Assembly: GCA_963832165.1 (NCBI GenBank)
Contig: CAWHTE010000003.1
Coordinates: 672,001 to 736,000, forward strand
Reading direction: 5' to 3'
DNA from: an uncultured delta proteobacterium
Lineage (GTDB): Bacteria; Myxococcota_A; UBA9160; SMWR01
DNA length: 64,000 bases
Part shown: positions 10,092 through 19,065 of the stretch, in pieces
How the letters are laid out: every line of letters starts with the position of its first letter
Numbering within the stretch: the stretch's first letter is position 1
Notes under the pieces: model-generated
What the model saw: the letters and a program-made list of their open reading frames with translations, nothing else
Told to the model about the DNA's origin: nothing
Database searches by the model: none
Made by a program: the position numbers and the translations under genes

Positions 10092-11201
10092 TCAGGCGCG
10101 CGGGACATCGAGCGCGATGGCGACGACAGGCAGCCGGCGCAGGTGCGCCCGCAGCGACTCGGCAACCCAGGCGTGGCCCGCTTCGCTGAGCGGGGCCTCG
10201 CTGCCGTGCAGATCGGTGGCTTCGATCGGCTCGTAGAGCCGGATCGCGTCGTCGCGCGACATCACGCGCAGCTCTTCCACCAGGTCGACGATCGGGATAT
10301 CGCGGTCGCGCGCCTCGCGCGCGATGCGCGAGCGCCAGAGCTCGCCGGGGGTCTCGTAGTCGGCCAGCGTGGGGAGGTTGAGCAGCACGAGCGCCGCGCC
10401 GCGCTGCTCCGCCAGATGCGCGAGCTCTTCGAACACCTTCCCGGAGAGCGCAGCGAGCTCTCCCGCGGTGAGCCGTTCCGCGGGCGGGCTCAGCGCGCGG
10501 ATCGCGGGGCGCGCGACCTCCACGATGCGCAGGCGTTCGAACAGCGAGAGGTTGCGCACGAGCCACGGCATCCGCTCGCCGTTGTTGGGGACCGGGACGT
10601 TGCCCACCTCGAGCGCGCCGCTCGAGCCGATCCGCAGCACGGGCTTGGCGTACTGGTGGTACTTGTCCTTCTCCATGCGCGCGAAGTCGTCGCGCACGAA
10701 CGCGAACACCAACACGTCGAAGTCGAACCCGCCGCCGTCGCGGCGCACGCGCAGGTAGCTCTGGTCGAGTCCGTAGCCGCCCTGGCCCAGATTCACGGTT
10801 TCGAGGTGGGGCTCGATCTGCTCGAGCTGCGCGCACCAGGTGGCATCGTCATCGACGCCCACACCCAGTGTGAACGCGTCCCCCACGCACAGCGCGCGCG
10901 TGCGTCCTGGCGGCGGCGCCTCCGCGTAGGTGCGCTTCGCGCGAATCCCCTGGCCGTTGATCGTGAGGTGGCGCCCGGGGCCGTAGAAATCGTCGAGGCG
11001 CGTGTCGGGCACGCTCGACCAGCCGAGCTCGGAATCGAAGCGCATGTGCAGGCGCTCGCGCTCGGGCGGCTGCACTCCCTCCGCGAGTCCCAGCGCGAAC
11101 CCGACCATGCTCGCGGTCCCCTCGACCACGACGAGTAACAGCAGGCAGCGCACGGCGAGCGAGGTCGCCGAGCGCGCCGTGCGAGCGATGGCGGGAAACA
11201 C
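10092..11201 (-). CDS. Membrane-anchored SGNH/GDSL-fold protein with degenerate catalytic motifs
   Basis: N-terminal TM, INGQGIR, CVGDAFTLG, NLGQGGYGLDQ, PLSEAGH. Confidence 0.75.
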   Translation of the reverse strand: MFPAIARTARSATSLAVRCLLLLVVVEGTASMVGFALGLAEGVQPPERERLHMRFDSELGWSSVPDTRLDDFYGPGRHLTINGQGIRAKRTYAEAPPPGRTRALCVGDAFTLGVGVDDDATWCAQLEQIEPHLETVNLGQGGYGLDQSYLRVRRDGGGFDFDVLVFAFVRDDFARMEKDKYHQYAKPVLRIGSSGALEVGNVPVPNNGERMPWLVRNLSLFERLRIVEVARPAIRALSPPAERLTAGELAALSGKVFEELAHLAEQRGAALVLLNLPTLADYETPGELWRSRIAREARDRDIPIVDLVEELRVMSRDDAIRLYEPIEATDLHGSEAPLSEAGHAWVAESLRAHLRRLPVVAIALDVPRA

Positions 11202-11245
11202 GGGCAGATCAGGCGCGCGCGCGTGCGCGTGAGGGGGGGCTCATG

Positions 11246-11265
11246 AACCCGTGTTAACACGCGTT
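11246..11265. promoter_or_regulatory. Palindromic operator candidate in a divergent intergenic region
   Basis: AACCCGTGTTAACACGCGTT: 20-bp inverted repeat with a perfect 12-bp core CGTGTTAACACG. Confidence 0.55.
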
Positions 11266-11352
11266 GGGGTGGATTGTCGACCCGGATCCTGGCGCAAGCG
11301 CGAATCGCGGTAATCTTCCGACGTCCCCGCCGGAGAGCTGATCCCTATCTCG

Positions 11353-12543
11353 ATGCTGCGCGGAACCGTCCATTCCGATTTCAAGCCCGTAGCGCGGGTA
11401 TTCGAGCGCCTGCTGCCGACCGAGGTCGGCGGTGCTGCGCTGTGCGTCTACCACCGCGGCGAGAAGGTGGTCGACTGCTGGGGCGGCACCCGCGATCTCG
11501 CGGGCAACCCGTGGGAGGAGGACACGCTTTCGCTGTCCTTCTCCACGTCGAAGGGCGTCACGTCCACGCTGATGCACATGTGCGTCGATCGCGGCCTGAT
11601 CGATTACGACGATCCGGTGCGCGAGTACTGGCCCGAGTTCGCACACGCCGGCAAGGCCGATATCACGGTCCGCCAGGTGATGTGCCACGAGGCAGGCCTC
11701 TACCAGATCCGCCGCATGGTCGACCACGCGCACCGGATGTTCGACTGGGAGTACATGGTCGAGGCGCTCGGCGACGCGATCCCCTGTCACAAGCCCGGGC
11801 GCGCCCATGGCTATCACGGCTTCACCTACGGGTGGCTCGTGGGCGAGCTGATCCAGCGCGTCACGGGCAAGCCGTTCAGCGAGCTGCTCGCCTCGGAGAT
11901 CGCGCGGCCGCTCGGCCTCGACGGGCTCTACATCGGCCTGCCCGCCAGCCAGATGCACCGCCGTGCGCAGCTGATCCCCTCGGCGCTCACGAGTCCGGAC
12001 GGCAACGTGATGCCGGCGATGCGCCGCTGGGTCCGCGGGATCAATCGCGTGCTGCGCCTGATCGGCCAGCCGATCGACCTGTCGGCGCTCGCCGAAGCGC
12101 TCATGCCGGAGGGGATCGAGCAGCTCGACTTCGACTCGGAGGAATTCTTGTCGGTGCCGATTCCGGCCGCGAACGGGATGTTCACGGCACGCTCCCTCGC
12201 GAAGATGTACGCGGCACTCGCGAGCGACGGCGAGCTCGACGGCGTGAAGCTGCTCGGCCGCGACACGCTATGGCGCGCCACCGAGGTGCAGAACCGCGGG
12301 ATCGGCCGCGTGATCCCGATCCCGATGCACTGGCGGCTCGGCTACCACCGCGTTGCGTCGCTTGGCCCCGCGGTGCCGAACGGATTCGGTCACTATGGCT
12401 TCGGCGGCTCGGGCGCGTTCGCGGACCCGGACCGCGATCTCGCGGTCGCGCTCACGCTCAACAGCGGAATCGGCACGCCGTTCGGCGATCTCCGCACCGT
12501 CCGCATCGGCACCGCTGCGCTGCGCTGTGCGGAGGACCGATAG
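11353..12543 (+). CDS. Serine hydrolase, beta-lactamase-like (family VIII esterase)
   Basis: SxxK (FSTSK), MCHEAGL, YHG, FGHYGFGGS. Confidence 0.9.
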   Translation: MLRGTVHSDFKPVARVFERLLPTEVGGAALCVYHRGEKVVDCWGGTRDLAGNPWEEDTLSLSFSTSKGVTSTLMHMCVDRGLIDYDDPVREYWPEFAHAGKADITVRQVMCHEAGLYQIRRMVDHAHRMFDWEYMVEALGDAIPCHKPGRAHGYHGFTYGWLVGELIQRVTGKPFSELLASEIARPLGLDGLYIGLPASQMHRRAQLIPSALTSPDGNVMPAMRRWVRGINRVLRLIGQPIDLSALAEALMPEGIEQLDFDSEEFLSVPIPAANGMFTARSLAKMYAALASDGELDGVKLLGRDTLWRATEVQNRGIGRVIPIPMHWRLGYHRVASLGPAVPNGFGHYGFGGSGAFADPDRDLAVALTLNSGIGTPFGDLRTVRIGTAALRCAEDR

Positions 12544-12643
12544 CTCCGCGCTCCAGCGGGCTCGATTCGTCTGCCTAACGATCGCGCGCGCGGCGGCGCT
12601 AGTCTACAGGACCAGCCGCGGGCGGCTGCGGGGAGATCGATTC

Positions 12644-13765
12644 ATGACGCTGTTACGGTCGATGCTGTCAGCGGCCGCGGTGCTCGCGCTGGGTGGCGGC
12701 GCGGTGAGCGCGCTCGAAGTGCCGTGCTCGGCGCACACGGATCCCAGGCTCGCGTCGATGAGCGACGACGGGATCGGCCTGACCAGCTCGCTCGGGCTCG
12801 CCGACGGGCGCTTCGCGCTGCCCGAGACCGCGACTCCGACACAGCTCGTGGTGATGTTCCACGGCCACGGCAACGACACCTGCAGCTGGCGCAATCACCT
12901 GCGCCGGGCGGCGGAGCGCGGCGCGGTCGCCGTGGCGATCGACTATTTGCGGCAGACGCCGAGCGAGAACTACGGCTGGTTCATGCGCGAAGCGGCTTCA
13001 GATTCGATCACGGCCGCGCGCTACTTCCTTGGCGCCTATCCCTCGATCACGCAGGTCTTCGTGATCGGGATCAGCATGGGCGGCAACGCGTCCGGGGTGG
13101 CGGTGGCTTCACCCGACGCCGTGCGACTCGACGGGACGACGCCGCTCTTCGACTACTGGGTGGACGTCGAGGGCGTCAACAACCTGACCGAGGAGTACCT
13201 CGTGATCCGCGCGGTGTCGCCGGTGCTTCCGTCCGCGGCGCTCGCGCAGCAGGAGATCGAGGAGGAGAATGGCGGAACGTTCGAGGAAGTGCCGGAGCGC
13301 TATCTCGAGATCACCAACGTCTTGCGCGCACCCGACATGAGCGAGCTCGAGGGCGCCGTGATCGTGCACGGCGTGGACGACGGCCTGGTCACGACCGACC
13401 AGAGCCCGCAGATGATGTCAGCGCTCAATCTCGCGGGGGTCCCGGCTCACCTGTACACCGTGGCGCTGCGCGGGGAGGGGGAGCCCGGCGACACCGCCAC
13501 GGCAATTCCATTCAGCGCGCTCGGATTGCCCTATCCGGCCGCGTTCGCGGGCCACGGCTGGGAGGGCAGCGACACCCACCTCGTCATCACGACCGGCTTC
13601 GCCCGACTGTGGGCGTTGATGGACGGCGCCTCGGTCGAACCCGGCGAGACGGTCGGCGGTCTGACCTTCGCGCCGGAGCCGAGCTCGAACGCACTGCTGC
13701 TCAGCGGTGCACTCGCGCTGGCGATTCTGGCTAGGCGCGGCCGCCGGGCTCCAACACAACCTTGA
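12644..13765 (+). CDS. Secreted alpha/beta hydrolase with PEP-CTERM sorting signal
   Basis: Signal peptide, FHGHG, GISMGG nucleophile elbow, C-terminal APEPSS + hydrophobic helix + RRGRR. Confidence 0.8.
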   Translation: MTLLRSMLSAAAVLALGGGAVSALEVPCSAHTDPRLASMSDDGIGLTSSLGLADGRFALPETATPTQLVVMFHGHGNDTCSWRNHLRRAAERGAVAVAIDYLRQTPSENYGWFMREAASDSITAARYFLGAYPSITQVFVIGISMGGNASGVAVASPDAVRLDGTTPLFDYWVDVEGVNNLTEEYLVIRAVSPVLPSAALAQQEIEEENGGTFEEVPERYLEITNVLRAPDMSELEGAVIVHGVDDGLVTTDQSPQMMSALNLAGVPAHLYTVALRGEGEPGDTATAIPFSALGLPYPAAFAGHGWEGSDTHLVITTGFARLWALMDGASVEPGETVGGLTFAPEPSSNALLLSGALALAILARRGRRAPTQP

Positions 13766-14678
13766 TCGCTCCCGACTTGCGATCGGCCGCGGTCGCGAAC
13801 GCCTCGCGCGCGGCCTCGAGCGGGAAGCGGTGGGTGATCAGCGCATCCGCGATCTCGGGCGCCTGCGCGAGGATCGACGCGGCGACATCGATGTCGCGCG
13901 ATGCGCCGTCGCGGCCGTAGAGGCTCGCGGGAATCACGTCGACCTCCTTGAGGCAGAGCGGGAAGCCCGGCAGCTCGAGTCCGCCCCAGTAGGTCGCGAC
14001 GAGCAGCAGGCGCGCGCCGGGGCGGCATAGCGGTAACGCGGCATCGAGCGCGCTCTTGGTGCCGGCCGCGTCGACTACGAGGTCGTAGGTGCCGGACGGC
14101 TCGCCCGCGCCGAGCCGCGCACCCGCCTCGCGCTGCGCGTCGTGGCGCGCGACGAGGTCGACGTGCGCGCCCGCGGCGCGCGCCGCCACCACGGAGCACA
14201 ACCCGATCGTGCCGCCGCCGACCACCGCCACGCGCTCGCCGCCGCGCAGCCTGGCGCGGCGCATGCCGTGCACGCAGACCGCGAGCGGCTCGACGAGGCT
14301 CGCGTTCGTGACCGGAACCGCGGGGTGCAGCGGGACGAGGCAGCGCTCGGGAACGAGCACCTCCTCGGCCATGCCCCCGTCGTGCGACACGCCGATCAGG
14401 ATTCCGGGTCCGAGCGCGCACAGGTTGTAGGCGCCGCGCTGACAGTTCGGGCAGTGCCCGCACGGCAGGATCGGCTCGATCGCCACGGGCGTGCCGTCGG
14501 GCGTGAGGCCCGCCAGCTCGTGGCCGAGCGTCCGGCCCGCCGCGAAGCCGGAATCGACGAGATGCAGATCGGAACCGCAGACGCCGGCGGAGCGGATCCG
14601 CACGCGTACGCCATCGCCCGACGGCGCCGGAACGTCCACCACCTCGACGACCCGATCGTGCGCACGAACCGCCCGCAT
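13731..14678 (-). CDS. Zn-dependent alcohol dehydrogenase (MDR family)
   Basis: GVCGSD, GHE, CGHCPNC..G..NLC, GGGTIG. Confidence 0.93.
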   Translation of the reverse strand: MRAVRAHDRVVEVVDVPAPSGDGVRVRIRSAGVCGSDLHLVDSGFAAGRTLGHELAGLTPDGTPVAIEPILPCGHCPNCQRGAYNLCALGPGILIGVSHDGGMAEEVLVPERCLVPLHPAVPVTNASLVEPLAVCVHGMRRARLRGGERVAVVGGGTIGLCSVVAARAAGAHVDLVARHDAQREAGARLGAGEPSGTYDLVVDAAGTKSALDAALPLCRPGARLLLVATYWGGLELPGFPLCLKEVDVIPASLYGRDGASRDIDVAASILAQAPEIADALITHRFPLEAAREAFATAADRKSGAIKVVLEPGGRA

Positions 14679-14750
14679 CGCGCGCGCAGCTTACCGGACG
14701 ACCGGAACGGCTGCCCGGCGGACGTTAGAATGCGGAGGGAGGGGCGGGCG

Positions 14751-15704
14751 ATGAGTTACCGCAGGGGCTTGCACGATCTCGGCACGGGCTGCTTCGCGTG
14801 GCTCCAGCCGGACGGATCCTGGGGATGGAGCAACGCCGGGCTCGTGGTCGACGGCGAGGCGAGTCTGCTCGTCGACACGCTCTTCGACCTGCCACTCACG
14901 GCGGAGATGCTCGCCGCGATGCGCGCGGCGGTGCCCGCGGCGGCCCGGATCGACACGCTCGTGAACACGCACGCGAACGGCGATCACTGCTTCGGCAACG
15001 AGCTCGTCGCGGGCGCGGTGATCGTGGCGTCGGAGACGTGCGCGAAGGAGATGGGCGAGGTGCCGCCCGACGTACTGGGGCAGCTCGTCGCGAACGCGGA
15101 CGCATTGGGTCCGATCGCGGCCGCGTTCGTGCGCCGCGCATTCGGCCCGTTCCATTTCGCCGGCATCACGCTCACGCCGCCCACGGAGACGTTCAGCGGC
15201 GAGAGCCTGCGCCAGGTGGGTGCGAAGGAGGTGCATCTCATCGAGGTGGGGCCGGCGCACACGCGCGGCGACGTGCTCGTCTATGTGCCCGCCGACCGCA
15301 CCGTGTTCACGGGAGACATCGTGTTCGCGCACGCTCACCCGATCATCTGGGCGGGTCCGATCTCGAACTGGGTACGCGCGTGCGACCGGATCATCGCGCT
15401 GGAGGTCGACACGGTCGTGCCGGGCCACGGCCCGCTGTGCGGGCTCGAAGTGGTCGGCGAGCTGCGCGGCTATCTCCTGTACATCCAGGAGGAGGCGCGG
15501 CGCTGCTTCGAGGCCGGACTCTCGCGCGAGGAGGCCGCGCGCGCGATCGCGCTCGACGACTACGCGTCGTGGGGCGACGCCGAGCGGATCGCCGTAAACG
15601 TGGCCGCGCTCTACCGCGAGCTCGGCGATCCGGCACCGCCGCCGAGCCCGCTCGAGCTGTTCTCGCTGATGGCGCAGCTCGCGCACGATCGCCCCGCGCG
15701 CTGA
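14751..15704 (+). CDS. Metallo-beta-lactamase-fold hydrolase (cyclase-like)
   Basis: WGWSNAG, THANGDH, AHTRGD, FTGD, VPGHG. Confidence 0.9.
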   Translation: MSYRRGLHDLGTGCFAWLQPDGSWGWSNAGLVVDGEASLLVDTLFDLPLTAEMLAAMRAAVPAAARIDTLVNTHANGDHCFGNELVAGAVIVASETCAKEMGEVPPDVLGQLVANADALGPIAAAFVRRAFGPFHFAGITLTPPTETFSGESLRQVGAKEVHLIEVGPAHTRGDVLVYVPADRTVFTGDIVFAHAHPIIWAGPISNWVRACDRIIALEVDTVVPGHGPLCGLEVVGELRGYLLYIQEEARRCFEAGLSREEAARAIALDDYASWGDAERIAVNVAALYRELGDPAPPPSPLELFSLMAQLAHDRPAR

Positions 15705-15744
15705 TGCGGCTCGCGTGCGGGTATGCGCGGATTCGAGAGGCGCT

Positions 15745-16830
15745 CTAGCGCGGCGGCGGGGGCGGAGTTCCGAGCATCGCCGCGACTGCGGGTACCGAGC
15801 GCGCCGCGGTCCAGTTCGCCATGCCCGCGCACCAGACCAGCGTGTCGGGCCCGACGCGCCCAGCGGTGATCGCCTGCGCGAGCTCGGTCGGCCCGAACGG
15901 ACCGACGGCCTGTCCGTTCTCGACCACGTGCCACGCGGTCGCCGGAGGCACGGGCGGAGCCGTGGACGCAGGCGCGGCGCCGGGCGTGAATCGGCCCGCG
16001 ATGGCCATCCCCATGCCCACGCCCACGCCGGCGCCCGCGAGGCCGCCAGCGGGATTCGCAGCGGCGACGGGCGTCGCGGCCCCGACCTGGTAGTGCTGAT
16101 AGGCGGCGAGGTCGCCGATCGCGTTCATACTCGCGCGCGCGTCGAGCGCCTGCTCGACCTCTGCGGGCACCGAGATGTTCACGATCACGAGCTGCGGGAT
16201 CTCGAGCCCGTACTCGTCGTCGAGCCGCTCGCGCACGACCGTGCGCACCTGCTCGGAGAGCGTCGCGTAATGGGAGGCGAGCTCGAGCAGCGGGAGCTCG
16301 GCCTTCGCGATCACGTCGGCGAGGCTCTGGTTGATGATCGAGCGCACGAACTCGTGGATCTCGTCCACGGCGTACTCGCCGTTGGTGCCGACGAGCTCGG
16401 TGAGCAGCGTCTTGGGATCGGCAGCCCGCAGCGTGTAGGTGCCGAACGCGCGCACGCGCACCAGCCCGAGGTCGCGGTCGCGCATCGGAACCGGGTTCGG
16501 CGTGCCCCAGCGCAGGTCCATGATCTGGCGCGTGCTGACGAAGTACACCTCGGCCTTGAACGGGCTGTCGAAGCCGTACATCCAGCCGGCCAACGTGGAG
16601 AGCACGGGCAGGTTGCGCGTCTCGAGCCGGTGCTGGCCCGGACCGAAGACATCCGCGATCTGCCCGCGGTGCACGAACACCGCCACCTGGCCCGGGCGCA
16701 CGATCAGCTGGGCGCCGTACTTGATCTGGTTGTGGAAGCGCGGGAAGCGCCAGACGATGGTGTGTCGGCTGTCGTCGATCCATTCGATGATGTCGACGAG
16801 CTCGGCGCGCAATTTGTCCATGAATCCCAT
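15745..16830 (-). CDS. SPFH/band-7 domain protein (YdjI-like) with C-terminal GYF_2 domain
   Basis: DIIEW, LIVRPGQVAVFV, SPFKAEVYFV, WGTPNP, GVGMGMA; C-terminal GQAVGPF...TLVWCAGMANW. Confidence 0.9.
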   Translation of the reverse strand: MGFMDKLRAELVDIIEWIDDSRHTIVWRFPRFHNQIKYGAQLIVRPGQVAVFVHRGQIADVFGPGQHRLETRNLPVLSTLAGWMYGFDSPFKAEVYFVSTRQIMDLRWGTPNPVPMRDRDLGLVRVRAFGTYTLRAADPKTLLTELVGTNGEYAVDEIHEFVRSIINQSLADVIAKAELPLLELASHYATLSEQVRTVVRERLDDEYGLEIPQLVIVNISVPAEVEQALDARASMNAIGDLAAYQHYQVGAATPVAAANPAGGLAGAGVGVGMGMAIAGRFTPGAAPASTAPPVPPATAWHVVENGQAVGPFGPTELAQAITAGRVGPDTLVWCAGMANWTAARSVPAVAAMLGTPPPPPR

Positions 16831-16844
16831 GGCGAGTTCCCCTT

Positions 16845-17717
16845 TCAGTCGAGAATCTTCAGGAACAGATCGAGCAAGCTGCGGTGGTGCCGGGCGCCGT
16901 GAGTGTGCTGATCGACGCGCTGCTCGATCCGCGCGCGCGCGAACGCCGCCGACGCCTCGCGCTCCGCAGCCTTATGCTCGGCCTCGAGCACGGGTGAGGT
17001 GCGTCCGCCCGCGAGGATGAAACCGGCCACCTGCTCGAGCTCGTCGGCGTCGAGCCAGGTGCCGTGCTGGCGGCACTCGTCGAGGATCACTCCCGACGAG
17101 CGCTTGTAGTTCGCGCGCAGCATGAACTGGTCGCACTCGGGGCAGCGGCGATACTGCACGCTCCGGTCGAGCGGCTTGCCGCGCTGCACGCGGGGCGCGT
17201 CGGCCGCGGGCCCCTGCTGCTGGCGCAGCTGCGCGGCGCGCTTCACGAGCGCGTCGAAGTGGGCGCCCGTCACCCAGAGCCCGTGACAGCCAGGGCATTC
17301 GTTCACGGCGATGCCCGCGACCTGACTCGGCGGCATGCGCGTGTCGCAAGCGGGGCAGGGCAGCTCGCGGCCGTCGCTCGGCAGCGGCTGGGGTGCGAAC
17401 GCGACGCCGCACCCGACGCAGAAGCGGCTCGACTCGGCGTTGCGGGCAAAGCACTCGGGGCAGAGCAGCGAGAGCTTGTCGGGATCGCGCACGATCGCCG
17501 AGTCGCAGTACGCGCACGTCTGCGCATCCGGCTGGACCTGCGCGCCGCACGATCCGCAGCGCGCGATCACGGCGTCCACCGGGCGCTGCGCGCGGTTCTC
17601 GATCGTCTCGCCGCAGCGGCAGGCGAACTGTGCGGTGAGCAGCTGGCTCACGTCGTATTGGGTGTGGCAGACAGGGCAAGCGACCAGCTGCACGGGACGC
17701 GCCTCCGCAGGCTCCAT
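16845..17717 (-). CDS. Multi zinc-ribbon protein (DZR-like plus two zf-TFIIB-like modules)
   Basis: CPVC/CRC, CGSC/CAYC, CPEC/CVGC, CPAC/CPGC-GLW, CPEC/CRQH-GTWLDADEL. Confidence 0.82.
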   Translation of the reverse strand: MEPAEARPVQLVACPVCHTQYDVSQLLTAQFACRCGETIENRAQRPVDAVIARCGSCGAQVQPDAQTCAYCDSAIVRDPDKLSLLCPECFARNAESSRFCVGCGVAFAPQPLPSDGRELPCPACDTRMPPSQVAGIAVNECPGCHGLWVTGAHFDALVKRAAQLRQQQGPAADAPRVQRGKPLDRSVQYRRCPECDQFMLRANYKRSSGVILDECRQHGTWLDADELEQVAGFILAGGRTSPVLEAEHKAAEREASAAFARARIEQRVDQHTHGARHHRSLLDLFLKILD

Positions 17718-17757
17718 CGACGCGACGGCGGCCTCGCTTGATGCGCGAAGACGTGGG

Positions 17758-19065
17758 CTACGCGAGCGCCCCGATCGTTTCCTGTGCGACCACGCGCGCG
17801 TAGATGGCGCGGATCCGGCGGCGCGCCGCGCCGACGCGCTCTCGGAGCTCGTCGGGTCCCGCGCCGGGCAGGGCCAGCTCCGCGACCGCCACGAGCTCCG
17901 CGGGCAGGCGCTCGACGGCTCGGCCGGCCACCCAGCGCGCGCACGCCTCGACTCCGCGCAGCAGCTGGTAGTCGTCGAGCAGCGGCTCGGCCGCCACGTG
18001 CTCACCGACCGCGGCCAGCATCGTGCTCACGCTCGGAATCTCCGGGAACGCGCGCGCTCCGCGCTCGAGCAGTGCGCCGCCCGCGATGAAGTCGACGTCC
18101 ATGAGTCCACCCGAGCCGGTCTTGAACGCGCTCGCGCCGTCGTCGCCGCGCGCGCGCTCGTCGACCACGCGCGCGCGGAGCTCCGCGAGCTCCTTCCAGG
18201 GCGGCGTGGGGTGCGGGATCACGTGCGCCCGCACAGCGCGGAGGCGCTCGGCTGCGTCGCCGGTCGCACCCGCGATCGGACGAGCCCGCAGCATCGCGAG
18301 GTGCTCCCAGGTCGCCGCATCGCGCGTCTGATAGCGCTCGTAGCCCTCGAACGAGGCCACGAGCATTCCCTGCTGACCCGACGGCCGCAGCCGGGTATCG
18401 ACCTCGTAGGCCACGCCCGCGCCGGTCATCGTGGTGAGGTACGCGATCAGCCGCTGGCCGAGGCGCGACGCGCGGTCGATCTCCGCGACGCCGCCGAACA
18501 GGAAGATCAGGTCGAGGTCGGAGTGGTACGTAAACTCGCGTCCGGCGATCTTGCCCATGCCGATCACCGCGAAGGAGTCGCCCGAGCCCTCGCCGCCACG
18601 CAGGTAGTGGTGCGCGAGCGCGAGCGCGAAGCGCGCCGTGGTCTCCGCGACCCGGGACAGGTAGTCGGAGACGTCCTCGAATGGCGCGAGGCCGCCGAAG
18701 TGGACGCACGCGGCGAGCGCGGTCTCCTCGCGCCGACGCAGCCGCAGGAAGTCGAGTGCGCCTTCGAGATCGAGAGCGGCGAGTGCCTCGCTGTCCGCGT
18801 CGAGCCGCGCTGCGCGCTCTGCGAGCGTATTCGGTGTGAGCTCGGCCACGCGCTCGAACCAGGCCGGTCGGTTCGCGAGGAAGCTCGCGAGATCGGGCTG
18901 CGTGGCCACGAGCCGAGCGAGGCCGCGCAGCACCGGCTCCGGGAGCCGGCCCGCCGCGAAGTCTCCGCCGCGCCGCTCGGCGAAACGCGCCGAGGCGGGA
19001 GCGGCGCGCGCGTCGAGCGGCGTACCCGCGAGCACCTCGTCGAAACGCGCTGCGAGCGCACTCAT
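17758..19065 (-). CDS. glnE: Glutamine synthetase adenylyltransferase, C-terminal (AT-like) half
   Basis: MGKIAGREFTYHSDLDLIF, YEVDTRLRPSG, WEHLAMLRAR, KTGSGGLMDVDF. Confidence 0.85.
   Translation of the reverse strand: MSALAARFDEVLAGTPLDARAAPASARFAERRGGDFAAGRLPEPVLRGLARLVATQPDLASFLANRPAWFERVAELTPNTLAERAARLDADSEALAALDLEGALDFLRLRRREETALAACVHFGGLAPFEDVSDYLSRVAETTARFALALAHHYLRGGEGSGDSFAVIGMGKIAGREFTYHSDLDLIFLFGGVAEIDRASRLGQRLIAYLTTMTGAGVAYEVDTRLRPSGQQGMLVASFEGYERYQTRDAATWEHLAMLRARPIAGATGDAAERLRAVRAHVIPHPTPPWKELAELRARVVDERARGDDGASAFKTGSGGLMDVDFIAGGALLERGARAFPEIPSVSTMLAAVGEHVAAEPLLDDYQLLRGVEACARWVAGRAVERLPAELVAVAELALPGAGPDELRERVGAARRRIRAIYARVVAQETIGALA

Noticed and set aside
7097..10165. 1022-aa D-aminoacylase fusion or overlapping gene
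   Set aside because: After LPGHVLRGG the translation is Arg-rich off-frame sequence over the next gene; a lost stop from an indel explains it better.
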